A stretch of DNA of 64,000 bases, taken from positions 96,001-160,000 of the forward strand of contig CBDCYI010000004.1 in assembly GCA_965224085.1 (NCBI GenBank), written 5' to 3'. The position numbers were made by a program, and so were the translations under genes. This DNA comes from Candidatus Marinacidobacterales bacterium (GTDB lineage Bacteria; Acidobacteriota; Vicinamibacteria; Marinacidobacterales; SMYC01). The first letter of the stretch is position 1; each line of letters starts with the position of its first letter. The notes under the pieces were generated by a model. It made no database searches. It was not told where the DNA came from and saw only the letters and a list, made by a program, of their open reading frames with translations. Positions 40,022 through 49,343 of the stretch are shown here, piece after piece.

Positions 40022-41693
40022 GAATCTGGAAGATCCCGATCTCCTCGACGAGCTCGAAACGAGAACGGATATAGCGCCGTGTCCGGGGAAGCTTGGAAAG
40101 TCGCCTCTTCGTTCCCTGGAAAGAATCCTTTTCCAGTATCACGTGTTTCACATCGTTCGCGACAAGCTCTCTCACGATCCGATGGTCCAGCGCCGGGTCG
40201 TGGTGGTCGCTATAGGTGAGCCCCGGATGGAACCAGACGAGAGGTTGAGGGGGCACCTTGCCCGAGAGCCCGTACATTACGGTGAAGTCCGGGAAGATGA
40301 AGAAGTTGCCTTCCACGCTTTGAAGGAAGGCCGCGAGCTTGTCGACGTCGTCGACCGAGATCTCGTGCGGCGATCGGCGCGCCGCCCGCGTGGGAATGCC
40401 CCACCTTACCGGGGCGAGCGCCTTCGAAACGACGTCCTCGCGAAACTCGGAGCGCCAGAAGATGTCGTGCGCAATACGCGACTGCGATACCTCCCATCCT
40501 TGCTGGATTAGCAGGAGCGCCGCGGAAATCGCAAGTACAGGAAGCAGGGCCAGCCGCACGCTGTCCTTCGAGCTTGCCTCGGCGACGACGACGCCCGAGC
40601 CCGTCTCCACGAGATCGCGAACGAGGAGCGCGCCGAGCGCCAGTATGACGCCGCCGAAGGGAAACCCGATCTCCGGCTCGTTCAACGTGACTTGATTGAA
40701 GAGCGCTTGTAACAGATAAAGGGTGACGACGGTCGTGGCTGCCAGGATCCCGGGTTCTCCCAGACCGGAACGCTTCACCAGACGGAAGCGCGCATGGATC
40801 ACGAGAGCTGTGGCGGCGGCGAGGAAACACGCGAGCACCACGGCCCGGTTGGCGCCCGCGGCGGAAAATTCTTCTAGCAAGAAGCGGTGAAACGTCGCGC
40901 CGGCGATCCGGCGCATCCCTTCTTCATGGGGGATGACGAAGAAGTAAATCCAGAAGTTGTCTGGATGCGAGAAGCGCCACAGCCACGCTCCGAAAACGAG
41001 CCCGACGGCCGTGAGGCCAGTAAGAAACGACCCGAGAAAGCGGAACCTCGTCCGAACACCCCCCGGTGCCGCGACGACGATGATGGCGGTGCAGGCCGCC
41101 ACCGAAAGCAATCCCGCGTTCTGCTTGCTCAACAACGCCAGACCGGTCATCCATCCCGAAGCTCCCACGAGAACCGCGGTCCAAACGCGTTTCCGCTCGG
41201 CAAGCCTGAAACCGTAGAACAGGAGCAGGGACGCGAGAAAGTGAAATAGAAAAGCGGTTTGCTCGAACCAGGGTGTGCCGAGCGGAGGATAGAACCAAAA
41301 CGCGGTGACCGCGGCCGCGAGCAACGCGTAGCCAAAGGATTCGGGATAGATGCACCGCACCCACAGATAAGCCGAGAACACGGCCAGCAGATTGGCTATG
41401 GCCGCGTGCAGGAGGTACGCAGAATAGTTTACCGAGAACAGCTGGAAAAAAATTCCTTGAATCCAAAACGGAACAGGTCCAGTAGGAATGAAGAAGTCCA
41501 GGTAGGGGATCTGGCCGAGGAAGATACGGTACCCGCCATCGAAGAGGATGGACTGATCGAAAGCGAGGAAGCCACGACTGCCGCTATCGAAAACGAACTC
41601 TACGGAAACAAGAGCGAGCGCACCGAGGCCCAGAATGTGAACGATCGCCTTGAAGATCGCCTTGAAGAGTCCGCGCATCGAGGTGGTGCGCAC
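39981..41693 (-). CDS. polytopic membrane protein, GT-C-like
   Basis: DQS....G.RI..GQIPYLDF..P.GP loop, SKQN.G, many TMs. Confidence 0.7.
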   Translation of the reverse strand: MRTTSMRGLFKAIFKAIVHILGLGALALVSVEFVFDSGSRGFLAFDQSILFDGGYRIFLGQIPYLDFFIPTGPVPFWIQGIFFQLFSVNYSAYLLHAAIANLLAVFSAYLWVRCIYPESFGYALLAAAVTAFWFYPPLGTPWFEQTAFLFHFLASLLLFYGFRLAERKRVWTAVLVGASGWMTGLALLSKQNAGLLSVAACTAIIVVAAPGGVRTRFRFLGSFLTGLTAVGLVFGAWLWRFSHPDNFWIYFFVIPHEEGMRRIAGATFHRFLLEEFSAAGANRAVVLACFLAAATALVIHARFRLVKRSGLGEPGILAATTVVTLYLLQALFNQVTLNEPEIGFPFGGVILALGALLVRDLVETGSGVVVAEASSKDSVRLALLPVLAISAALLLIQQGWEVSQSRIAHDIFWRSEFREDVVSKALAPVRWGIPTRAARRSPHEISVDDVDKLAAFLQSVEGNFFIFPDFTVMYGLSGKVPPQPLVWFHPGLTYSDHHDPALDHRIVRELVANDVKHVILEKDSFQGTKRRLSKLPRTRRYIRSRFELVEEIGIFQIHARKSRGLESSLR

Positions 41694-41837
41694 GCTCGTG
41701 CGAGCTCGAGTGCGCGCGTCATTATGTATCGGAGAGTGCGACTCCGCCAGCGCCCCGTTAAGGCAAGGCGCGAAAAAGTGGCCACAGTGTCTATTCCGAC
41801 AGTTTGCTCAGCGTCCAGCGACCCGTGATGGTAGCGT

Positions 41838-42218
41838 TCAGTCCGGCGGCGGGAGCACCACCGGTTTGCCGTGCGGCGTGCGACGATAAGCGTCCACCCA
41901 CGCCTCTTTGCGGGCGTCGAGCTCGGGAGAGTCTGCCAGCCCTTTGGCGGCGACGAGACGCTCGAGCGTCGCGACCCAGTGGTGGTAGTAGCGCGAGCCG
42001 TCGTCCGTCTCGCCGCGATCGGCCGCGGCTTTCAGCTCGTCCGCGAGCGCACCCGCCCACTCCTTCCAGGTGAAGTGGCCCTGCTCGGAGAGCTTGACGG
42101 CAAGCGCGAATGCCTGCGCTTGCCACGGCTCGGCGAACACCGGGCCCTCTTCGTCTCGGGGCAGAGGCGGCAGCGCGTCGAGCCGCTCCGCGTCGACCGC
42201 GAGATCAGACCGGCTCAA
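41838..42218 (-). CDS. nitrile hydratase accessory protein
   Basis: GPVFAEPWQAQAFALAV.L...G.FTW.EW, YY.HW..TLE, W..AY..TPHGKPV. Confidence 0.9.
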   Translation of the reverse strand: MSRSDLAVDAERLDALPPLPRDEEGPVFAEPWQAQAFALAVKLSEQGHFTWKEWAGALADELKAAADRGETDDGSRYYHHWVATLERLVAAKGLADSPELDARKEAWVDAYRRTPHGKPVVLPPPD

Positions 42219-42849
42219 GGTAGTCCTCCCACATCTCGACGTAGATGGAGTCGCGCGCCGACCCGCGCTCGTCCCAAAGCTCCCGCGCGCCGAACCGCAC
42301 GGTGTAGACCTCTTGACGCCGTCCGCCGAGACTGATTCCGTTCTCGTCAGTATCTTGCAGGCCGAACACCCCTCGCTGCTTGAACACCGTTCCTCTTTTG
42401 CCTCGGGTGTAGCGCGGCAGGCGGGTGTGACCGCGGGGATGGAGGTTCCGGACGCGCACCGGATCTCCAGGACGAAATCGCGGACTCGGGTCGTTCTCGC
42501 GCGCCGCTCCGTCGTTGGGAACTGCGGGAAAGAGCTCGGGCGGGGGCCGATTCGGATCGGCCGTTCCCCTTTGAAGCTCCTCGGGCGTCACGAGCTCGGC
42601 CCGGAGCAGACGGGTCGTGAGCATCGCGAACCATTTCTCGTAGTAAGACATGCGAAGGTACTCGGCAGCGGGAATGCTTTCGATCGCCCACCTAAAGCCG
42701 ACCCAGGTCCGGCCGCGGCCCCAGCGCCCGACCCCGCGCAGCATGGCGTAGACCCGGCGCTCCCACGGCTCATGAAACACCGGCTCGTGCGCCTCCCGCT
42801 CGATCGGCCCCATGCCGTCCATCCCGCCCATGTCGTGGATGCCGTTCAT
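42205..42849 (-). CDS. nthB: nitrile hydratase beta subunit
   Basis: [51 protein letters not shown]. Confidence 0.95.
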   Translation of the reverse strand: MNGIHDMGGMDGMGPIEREAHEPVFHEPWERRVYAMLRGVGRWGRGRTWVGFRWAIESIPAAEYLRMSYYEKWFAMLTTRLLRAELVTPEELQRGTADPNRPPPELFPAVPNDGAARENDPSPRFRPGDPVRVRNLHPRGHTRLPRYTRGKRGTVFKQRGVFGLQDTDENGISLGGRRQEVYTVRFGARELWDERGSARDSIYVEMWEDYLEPV

Positions 42850-43589
42850 GAGTCGTCTCCTCTTCGAGGCGCTTCGAGTTGCGCCACTCCAATCATCGAG
42901 TCGCGCGAGACGATCTCGACGAGTTCTTCTTCGGTCATGCCCTCGGTGCCGGGCGGCCGTTCCGGCAGAACCATGTAGCGGAGCTCCGCAGTACTGTCCC
43001 AGACTCGGATCTCCACGTCGTCCTCGAGCGCGACCCCAAACTCCTCGAGTACCCTACGTGGATCGATCACCGCACGCGAACGATAGGGCGCAGACTTGTA
43101 CCAAACCGGTGGGAGACCCAGCGTAGACCATGGATAGCACGAGCACAGCGTGCAGACCACGAGATTGTGAACTTTGGGCTCGTTCTCGACCACTTCCAGA
43201 TGCTCTTGCTGGGGCCCTTCGAAACCGAACTCGGCGATGGCCTCGCTGGGCCGCTCGAGAAGCCGACGTTTGTACACGGGATCGACCCACGCGCGGGCAA
43301 CGACGCGGGCGCCGTTTCGCGGACCGACTTTGTTCTCGTACATATCGACGATCGCATCGAGCTCCGCCGGGTCGACCATATCTTTTTCGACCAACACGGT
43401 TTCGAGCGCTCTGACGCGCAGCGCAATGTCGGCAGGCACGACCTGATGCTCGTGATCGTGCTCCTGTTTTTGGGATGCGTCTTGCTCAGCGGAGGCGTCG
43501 TCTGTTTTTCCGACCATCGCCGCAGCCGTCGCCGCCGCACCGGTCAGAAACTTCCGTCGCCCCACGGAACCTTTCTCGTTCGTGGCCAT
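42846..43589 (-). CDS. nthA: cobalt-type nitrile hydratase alpha subunit with N-terminal Tat-like extension
   Basis: VCTLCSCY (Co-type), [31 protein letters not shown]; N-terminal GRRKFL. Confidence 0.95.
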   Translation of the reverse strand: MATNEKGSVGRRKFLTGAAATAAAMVGKTDDASAEQDASQKQEHDHEHQVVPADIALRVRALETVLVEKDMVDPAELDAIVDMYENKVGPRNGARVVARAWVDPVYKRRLLERPSEAIAEFGFEGPQQEHLEVVENEPKVHNLVVCTLCSCYPWSTLGLPPVWYKSAPYRSRAVIDPRRVLEEFGVALEDDVEIRVWDSTAELRYMVLPERPPGTEGMTEEELVEIVSRDSMIGVAQLEAPRRGDDS

Positions 43590-43819
43590 TTCGGATGCTC
43601 CCCGGTTCGGTTCGGATTATACCTTCCACGCGCATTCCTAGGTGATCGAGATGACGCATTGCTCGAGTCCTTCCGATTCGGACGCGTAGCGCTGGAACGT
43701 GAGCCGCGCCAACTCGCCGCCGGGCGGCATGAATGCCTGCTCCGCCAACATGCGCTCGACATAGTTTGCCCGGTAGGTCACGTACGTTCTGTTGGGTTCT
43801 CTACGTTTGGCACCAAGTT

Positions 43820-45045
43820 GGCACCAAGCACTGGGCGATGATGACAAGGTCCTCGAGAATCATATCGAAGCGCTTCGTGTTCGCGAGGAGATCGGGCAGC
43901 GGCAAGCTCAATGTACCAGCCTCATCAACCTCGGGAGGCTATACCTACGTAGGATGGAGGTCGACAAAGTTCTCGCAGTGCTCGAGCGATCGCTCGCGAT
44001 CGCCTGCGCCATCCAGTCGAGACCGAAAATCTATCAATCCCATCAAGCTCTTTCCGAGGCCCACGAGCTCCTTGGCGACACTGCGGAGGCACTCAAGCAT
44101 CACCGCGAGTTCCAACGGGTCAAGGAAGACGTGTTCAGCAATGACGCGAGAGCCCGCTTGAAGAATCTTCAAACCGGCTTCGAAGTGGAGAAGGCCGAGA
44201 CGGAAGCCGAGATCGCGCGGCTGAGAAACGTGGCGCTGAAGGACACGAACGAGCAATTGGAGAAACTACTGGAGGAGTTGCGGCCTACCCAGGCCCAGCT
44301 CGTTCACTCGGAGAAAATGGCCGCCCTCGGAAAATTGGTGGCGGGAATCGTTCATGAGCTGAATAGCCCAATCGGGGCGATACGTACCGCCAATGATGTG
44401 ATCTCTCGACGTATCGGCAAGCTCCAGGGCATCTTCGAAACGACGGACCGGCTCGATGAGTCGCAGACCCGTACCATGCGAAGCGCGTTCGGGCTCGTAG
44501 ACGGCGATACGGACGTGATCGCCAGCGCGGCGGCGCGTGTCACGACGCTCGTGCGGAGTCTCAAGAACTTCGCCCGTTTGGACGAGTCCGAGTTTCAACG
44601 TGCCGACATTCGCGAAGGTATCGATAGTGCGCTCGACCTATTGAGCGGTGAGCTCGAAGGCCGTGTGGCAGTGATCCGAGCGTACGACGATGTCCCCAAG
44701 ATCCTGTGCTACCCCGGCGAACTGAACCAAGTATTCCTCACTCTTTTGACCAACGCCGCGGAGGCCATCGAAGGCGAAGGCACCATCCGAATCCACGCCG
44801 GCCAAGAGGAAGATTCGGTCTACGTTCGTATTGCCGACGACGGGATAGGCATCCCCGCAGAAAGGCTCGAACGACTCTTCGAGTTCGATTTCACTGCAAC
44901 CGGCTCGCGAATCAAAATGGGCGCTGGATTGGTGATCGCGCGCAACATCATCCACAAGCACCGCGGCGACATCGACGTGCAAAGCCAGGCGGGAGTTGGC
45001 AGCACTTTTGCCATTCGTCTCCCCAAGACTCCGCCCGAAGCGTAA
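43820..45045 (+). pseudogene. TPR-containing sensor histidine kinase, 5' truncated
   Basis: QLVHSEKMAALGKLVAGIVHELNSP, ELNQVF..LL.NA, DDGIGI, GAGL, G.GSTF; begins mid-TPR with no convincing start. Confidence 0.8.
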
Positions 45046-45125
45046 CTGCCGGACTTAGCCCACGACCTCCCAAAACACGCGCGCTTCCCCGTGAGCCTTT
45101 CCCGATTGCAGTGTGGTGGGAAGTG

Positions 45126-45690
45126 TCATGGGTGGGTCGCTCGAAGGGCTGACACGAAGTCGTAGTCTTCGAAGCGAGGTTTGCGCATCTCCTGATGGAA
45201 GCGTCGCGCACTCCAGGGCCACAAGGTAGGGACGCCATCCTCGTCGAGGTACCAGCTGTTGCATCCCGTCACCCAGACGGTGCCTTCCATCGCTTCGAGC
45301 AGACCCCTGTGAAAGGCCTCAGTCGCCTTGCGCGTTGGCACGAGCGCCATTTCTTCTGCTGCCAGGATCTTCTCGAGGCACCGCATGATGTAAGAGGCCT
45401 GCGTCTCGGATACGTCGATCACGGACATGTTCCCGATCGAGCTGTTCGGTCCGCACATCATGAAGAAATTCGGGAACCCGGGAATCGTGATCGAGCGATA
45501 GGTACGCGTTCCGTTCGCCCACGCCTCCTTCAGGGTCGAGCCGTCGGCGCCCACGACCTGATCGACCCCCCACTCATGCGCGTGAAAGCCCGTGGCCAGC
45601 ACGAGCACATCCAGCTCGTATAGCGTTCCATCTGCCGTCACGATACCCCGCGGTTCGACACGCTCGATGGGGTCGACGACGAGTCGACGT
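45126..45690 (-). pseudogene. C-terminal fragment of a flavin (Baeyer-Villiger-type) monooxygenase
   Basis: DVLVLATGF, PGFPNFFM..GPN, GCNSWY...G....WP. Confidence 0.8.
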
Positions 45691-45739
45691 TGTTTCGCTG
45701 CATGGTTCGACGGCTCTGGCGACCTCGGTTCGCGGGTTC

Positions 45740-46926
45740 GCGCATGGGAGCGAGAGCAGTATGCGATCCACGTGCACGATCCGAACGACATCGAAGCGGC
45801 CGCGTTCTACGCGTTGTCGCATCTTTCGTCGGGTCTGTTCGCGAAAGACCCGTTGCAGCATCGGAGAGAGGCAGGCGCTCTTCTGGAAAAGCTGATGGAG
45901 CGCGCCCCGAAACACCCGGGTGCCATCCACTATTTGATTCACGCTTATGACGACACGGCCTTGGCGTCCCGCGGTGTCGACGCCGCACGAGCTTATGACG
46001 TCATTGCGCCTGACGCTCCCCACGCACTTCACATGCCTTCCCACATTTTCGTTCGCCTCGGGATGTGGGAGGAAGACGTCGCATGGAACCGTCGCTCGGC
46101 GGCCGCCGCGCTCCGCTTGCCCAAGATCGGCGGGCTCGTTTCGAATCACTACCCTCACGCCTTGGACTACCTCGTCCATGCGCTGCTGCAGCGCGGTGAG
46201 GACGAGGCCGCGCGCGCTGCCGCGGACGCGCTTGCAAACAATGGCGACTACGAGAGCGAACAAGGCGTCGCTTTCGCACTGGCGGCCGTGCCCGCGCGCG
46301 ACGCGCTCGAGAGACGGCGTTGGACCGAGGCCGCGGAGCTCCCCGTCCGTTCGCCCGATTCCTTTCCGTGGAACGACTATCCCGGGATCGAGGCGGTGAG
46401 CTGGCACGCACGCGGTCTGGGAGCGGCACGCTCCGGCCGGAGCGCCGTCGCGCGGGAGGCCATCGACGCCCTGGATACCCTCCACCAGCGGGTCGCGGGG
46501 CGCTCGTCGGAGTGTGACTGGGGCGGCAACATCGACGCGCAAGGAACCACGATCGCCGCGTGGCTCGCGTTCGACGACGACCCGTCCGCTGCGCTCGAGC
46601 AGATGAAGCGTGCCGCGGAGATCGAGAACGGCGAGCGAAGCTGCACCGGAGTGGAATGGATCATGACGGTTCCCGCGATCGAGCTCCTCGGCGACATGTA
46701 CGCGGAGCTCGAGAGTTGGGACGACGCCCTGCGGGTCTACGAAGAGGCCCTCGCACGACTGCCCAACCGGCACAACAGCTTGTACGGGGCCGGAAGGTCC
46801 GCGGAGGAAATCGGCGATTCGGAAAAAGCGCGTACTTACTATCGTCACCTTCTCGACATCGTCGGTGATGCGGGCGCTGATCGCGAGACCGTTCGCGCGG
46901 CGCGGAATGCACTTTCGCCGCGCTAG
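45740..46926 (+). pseudogene. TPR-rich protein, 5' truncated
   Basis: HPGAIHYLIHAYD, APHALHMPSHIFVRLG.W; back-to-back with the monooxygenase fragment, no start region. Confidence 0.7.
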
Positions 46927-47077
46927 TGGTTCGTCTCAGAGGTGATGTTAACGAGTAAGCGGTAGAGCTGGGCCGCAACCATAGGGGCGAATCTTTACTG
47001 GGTTAATCCCGAGTACGTTCGACTGTTCCCTTCAAAGAAATTTCGTCACTCGGGCGATTCCTATAGTCCTTGAAAAA

Positions 47078-47154
47078 TGGCGCGCCCTGGGCGATTCGAA
47101 CACCCGACCTACAGATTCGTAGTCTGTCGCTCTATCCAGCTGAGCTAAGGGCGC
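47078..47154 (-). tRNA. tRNA-Arg(ACG)
   Basis: Reverse complement GCGCCCTTAGCTCAGCTGGATAGAGCGACAGACTACGAATCTGTAGGTCGGGTGTTCGAATCGCCCAGGGCGCGCCA. Confidence 0.96.
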
Positions 47155-47177
47155 GTCATGCGGTAGGTGAGAGGGCG

Positions 47178-47206
47178 ATCCTAACAACACCGTCCGGGGG
47201 CGTCAA
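47178..47206 (-). promoter_or_regulatory. sigma70 promoter for tRNA-Arg
   Basis: TTGACG-N17-TAGGAT with TGn extension on the minus strand. Confidence 0.6.
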
Positions 47207-47246
47207 GAGAGCTCGCGTCGACGTAGAATCTCCCAGGGGAGGAACC

Positions 47247-47690
47247 ATGCCGAAGCCATTGTTTTGGGTGGTCGCCGCTTTTGCGGTAGGAGTGTCGGTA
47301 AGCTCGCAGCAGGAGCGCTACGTCCCCTCGACCGACCAGCTCGTCGTGGAGCTTTTCGTCGATGACCTCGATCGCTCCATTGCCTTTTATCGCGACCTCG
47401 GTTTCCTATTCGCGCGGCGGGACGAGACGTTTGCCGAGCTCTCGTGGGAAGGCCACCTTTTCTTTCTCGATGCGACCCAGCCGTCGCCGGACGCCCACAC
47501 CACCGCTGGTAATCTCCGCATCATGGTCGCCGACGTAGACGCGCATTGGAAGCCGGTGCAGGGCTCGGGAGCGCGCGTGCTCAAGCCGATCGACGATCGT
47601 TATTACGGTCTGCGCGATTTCACGATCGCAGACCCCGATGGCTTCGGCATCCGCTTCGCGACGCGGCTCGAGGAACCTAAGGCGCCCTGA
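47247..47690 (+). CDS. VOC/glyoxalase-family protein
   Basis: LFVDDLDRSIAFYRDLGF, V.DVDA, YGLRDF.I.DPDG; GGAGG RBS. Confidence 0.88.
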   Translation: MPKPLFWVVAAFAVGVSVSSQQERYVPSTDQLVVELFVDDLDRSIAFYRDLGFLFARRDETFAELSWEGHLFFLDATQPSPDAHTTAGNLRIMVADVDAHWKPVQGSGARVLKPIDDRYYGLRDFTIADPDGFGIRFATRLEEPKAP

Positions 47691-48132
47691 TCGGGCGGAA
47701 GGCGAACGTTTGAACGCCTTCGTCTCCGTCGATTCGCGCGGTAAGGCTTCCGTCCTCGCCCAATCGGTAGCGGATGATCTTGGGATGGTCGTGCTCGGGG
47801 TTCTCGAACACGGCGCTTTCGCGTTCGAGCTTGGTGAGCTTGAAGTCCGTTCCCGCTCGCCCGTTCGGCTGAGCGACGTAGTAAACGCCCTCGGCGCGGA
47901 CTTCGATGCGTAGAAACTCGAACCCGACGGCTTTGTCACCGACCACCGTTCGGGAAACGCCGAGCATCATCCCGCCGGCCGCTTTTGTCCAGCGCTCCTC
48001 GATGACGGCTCGGCCCATCTCGCCGCGCCATCCTCCTGCGAGCCAGCTCAGTTCCGCAAGATCCTCCTGGGCGCCCGCTCGCCCACAAAGAATGAGACTG
48101 ATGACGCCAAGCGCGAGCCAAGGACCTTTCAT
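47677..48132 (-). CDS. secreted DUF6265-like protein
   Basis: L.WLAG.W.G...EE.W....GMMLG, FEFLRI, FENPEHD.P..I.Y. Confidence 0.75.
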   Translation of the reverse strand: MKGPWLALGVISLILCGRAGAQEDLAELSWLAGGWRGEMGRAVIEERWTKAAGGMMLGVSRTVVGDKAVGFEFLRIEVRAEGVYYVAQPNGRAGTDFKLTKLERESAVFENPEHDHPKIIRYRLGEDGSLTARIDGDEGVQTFAFRPIRAP

Positions 48133-49067
48133 GTCCCGACCTCCGGTTCGGTCATGCCTTCGGCCAAATAGGCGTAAGCCATTTGAGGTGTATTGAAGGC
48201 ATAACCAAGCTCGCCTTTGGAATCGACGAGGACGATACCGCCCCGTCCTTGCGTCCGCGACTCGAGCATGCGCACGGCTTGCTGAGCCGCTTCTGCGGGG
48301 CCGAGTCCCGATGTGATCGAATCGACCGCTCGCAGCGCCAACACGACCCGCAGGATCCCTTCCCCCCAACCCGTCGACGAGCCGGCCCCTCGGCGGTCAT
48401 CGGCATAGAGCCCAGCGCCTATGAGCGGTGAGTCCCCTACGCGTCCTGGAAGCTTCAGGAGCGATCCGCCCGTTGAAGTCGCGGCGGCGACGTGGCCGTG
48501 GGCATCGCAGGCCACAGCGCCAACAGTATCCGCGGGCCCTCCGACTTGGTCGAGTCCGCCTGACTTCGACACTTGCTTCGCTCTCTCGTAACGCTCCCGC
48601 TCGCGCTCCACGATGAGGGACTCGGGCGAGCATGTCGCGACCCCCCATTCTTCCGCGAAAGCCCGCGCGCCGTCCCCGACCAACATGACGTGGGGAGCGC
48701 TCTCCAGAATCTCGCGCGCGAGTGCTACCGCATGCACCACGCCGGTCACGCAAGCCACAGCCCCAGCCTTCAAATCCGCGCCGTTCATGATCGCTGCGTC
48801 AAGCAGTACTTCGCCCTCGGCGTTCAGGACGGCGCCGCGGCCCGCGTTGAAGGTCTCGTCGACCTCCATGTGCTCCACTGCTTTTTGGACCGCGTCGAGG
48901 GCGGAGCCGCCCGTGAGCAAGGTCTCGAATCCCGCCATGGAGGCTCGATGGACGCCTTTTTTGTGCGCCTCACGCTCGACTTTGGGAATCGCCCACGCCC
49001 CTCCATGGACGAAAATGGCCGGACGCGCTTTTCGTTTGGAAGGTCTGTCCATCCTCTGCTCACCCAA
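48129..49067 (-). CDS. isoaspartyl peptidase/L-asparaginase (Ntn hydrolase)
   Basis: VHGGAW, FNAGRGAV, DTVGAVA..AATSTGG, GRVGDSPLIGAG, TGWGE. Confidence 0.93.
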   Translation of the reverse strand: MGEQRMDRPSKRKARPAIFVHGGAWAIPKVEREAHKKGVHRASMAGFETLLTGGSALDAVQKAVEHMEVDETFNAGRGAVLNAEGEVLLDAAIMNGADLKAGAVACVTGVVHAVALAREILESAPHVMLVGDGARAFAEEWGVATCSPESLIVERERERYERAKQVSKSGGLDQVGGPADTVGAVACDAHGHVAAATSTGGSLLKLPGRVGDSPLIGAGLYADDRRGAGSSTGWGEGILRVVLALRAVDSITSGLGPAEAAQQAVRMLESRTQGRGGIVLVDSKGELGYAFNTPQMAYAYLAEGMTEPEVGT

Positions 49068-49101
49068 GAAGACACGCCGCTCGAAGGTAACGATAGTGGC
49101 T

Positions 49102-49177
49102 TGGTAGCGCTACGGGGATTCGAACCCCGGTTTGATGGCTGAGAACCACCCGTCCTAGTCCCCTAGACGATAGCGCC
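49102..49177 (-). tRNA. tRNA-Glu(CTC)
   Basis: Reverse complement GGCGCTATCGTCTAGGGGACTAGGACGGGTGGTTCTCAGCCATCAAACCGGGGTTCGAATCCCCGTAGCGCTACCA. Confidence 0.95.
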
Positions 49178-49199
49178 ACTGCCAAGCAGTACGAAAAAA

Positions 49200-49228
49200 A
49201 AATTAGCACAGGGGCACGGAGCTGTCAA
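49200..49228 (-). promoter_or_regulatory. sigma70 promoter for tRNA-Glu
   Basis: TTGACA-N17-TAATTT with TGn extension on the minus strand. Confidence 0.55.
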
Positions 49229-49343
49229 TTTAGTCGGGCCCGCGTCACGGTCGCAAAAGTCACTCAAGATGCTAAGATAAAGGCCAACACCAACAATTCG
49301 GTGAGTTTCTTCCCAGGGGCATCCCTCTGGCGGCCTCGACTCG

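Noticed and set aside
49155-49164. 10-nt identity (CTAGTCCCCT) between tRNA-Glu and the palindromic element ends
   Set aside because: Too short to distinguish from chance
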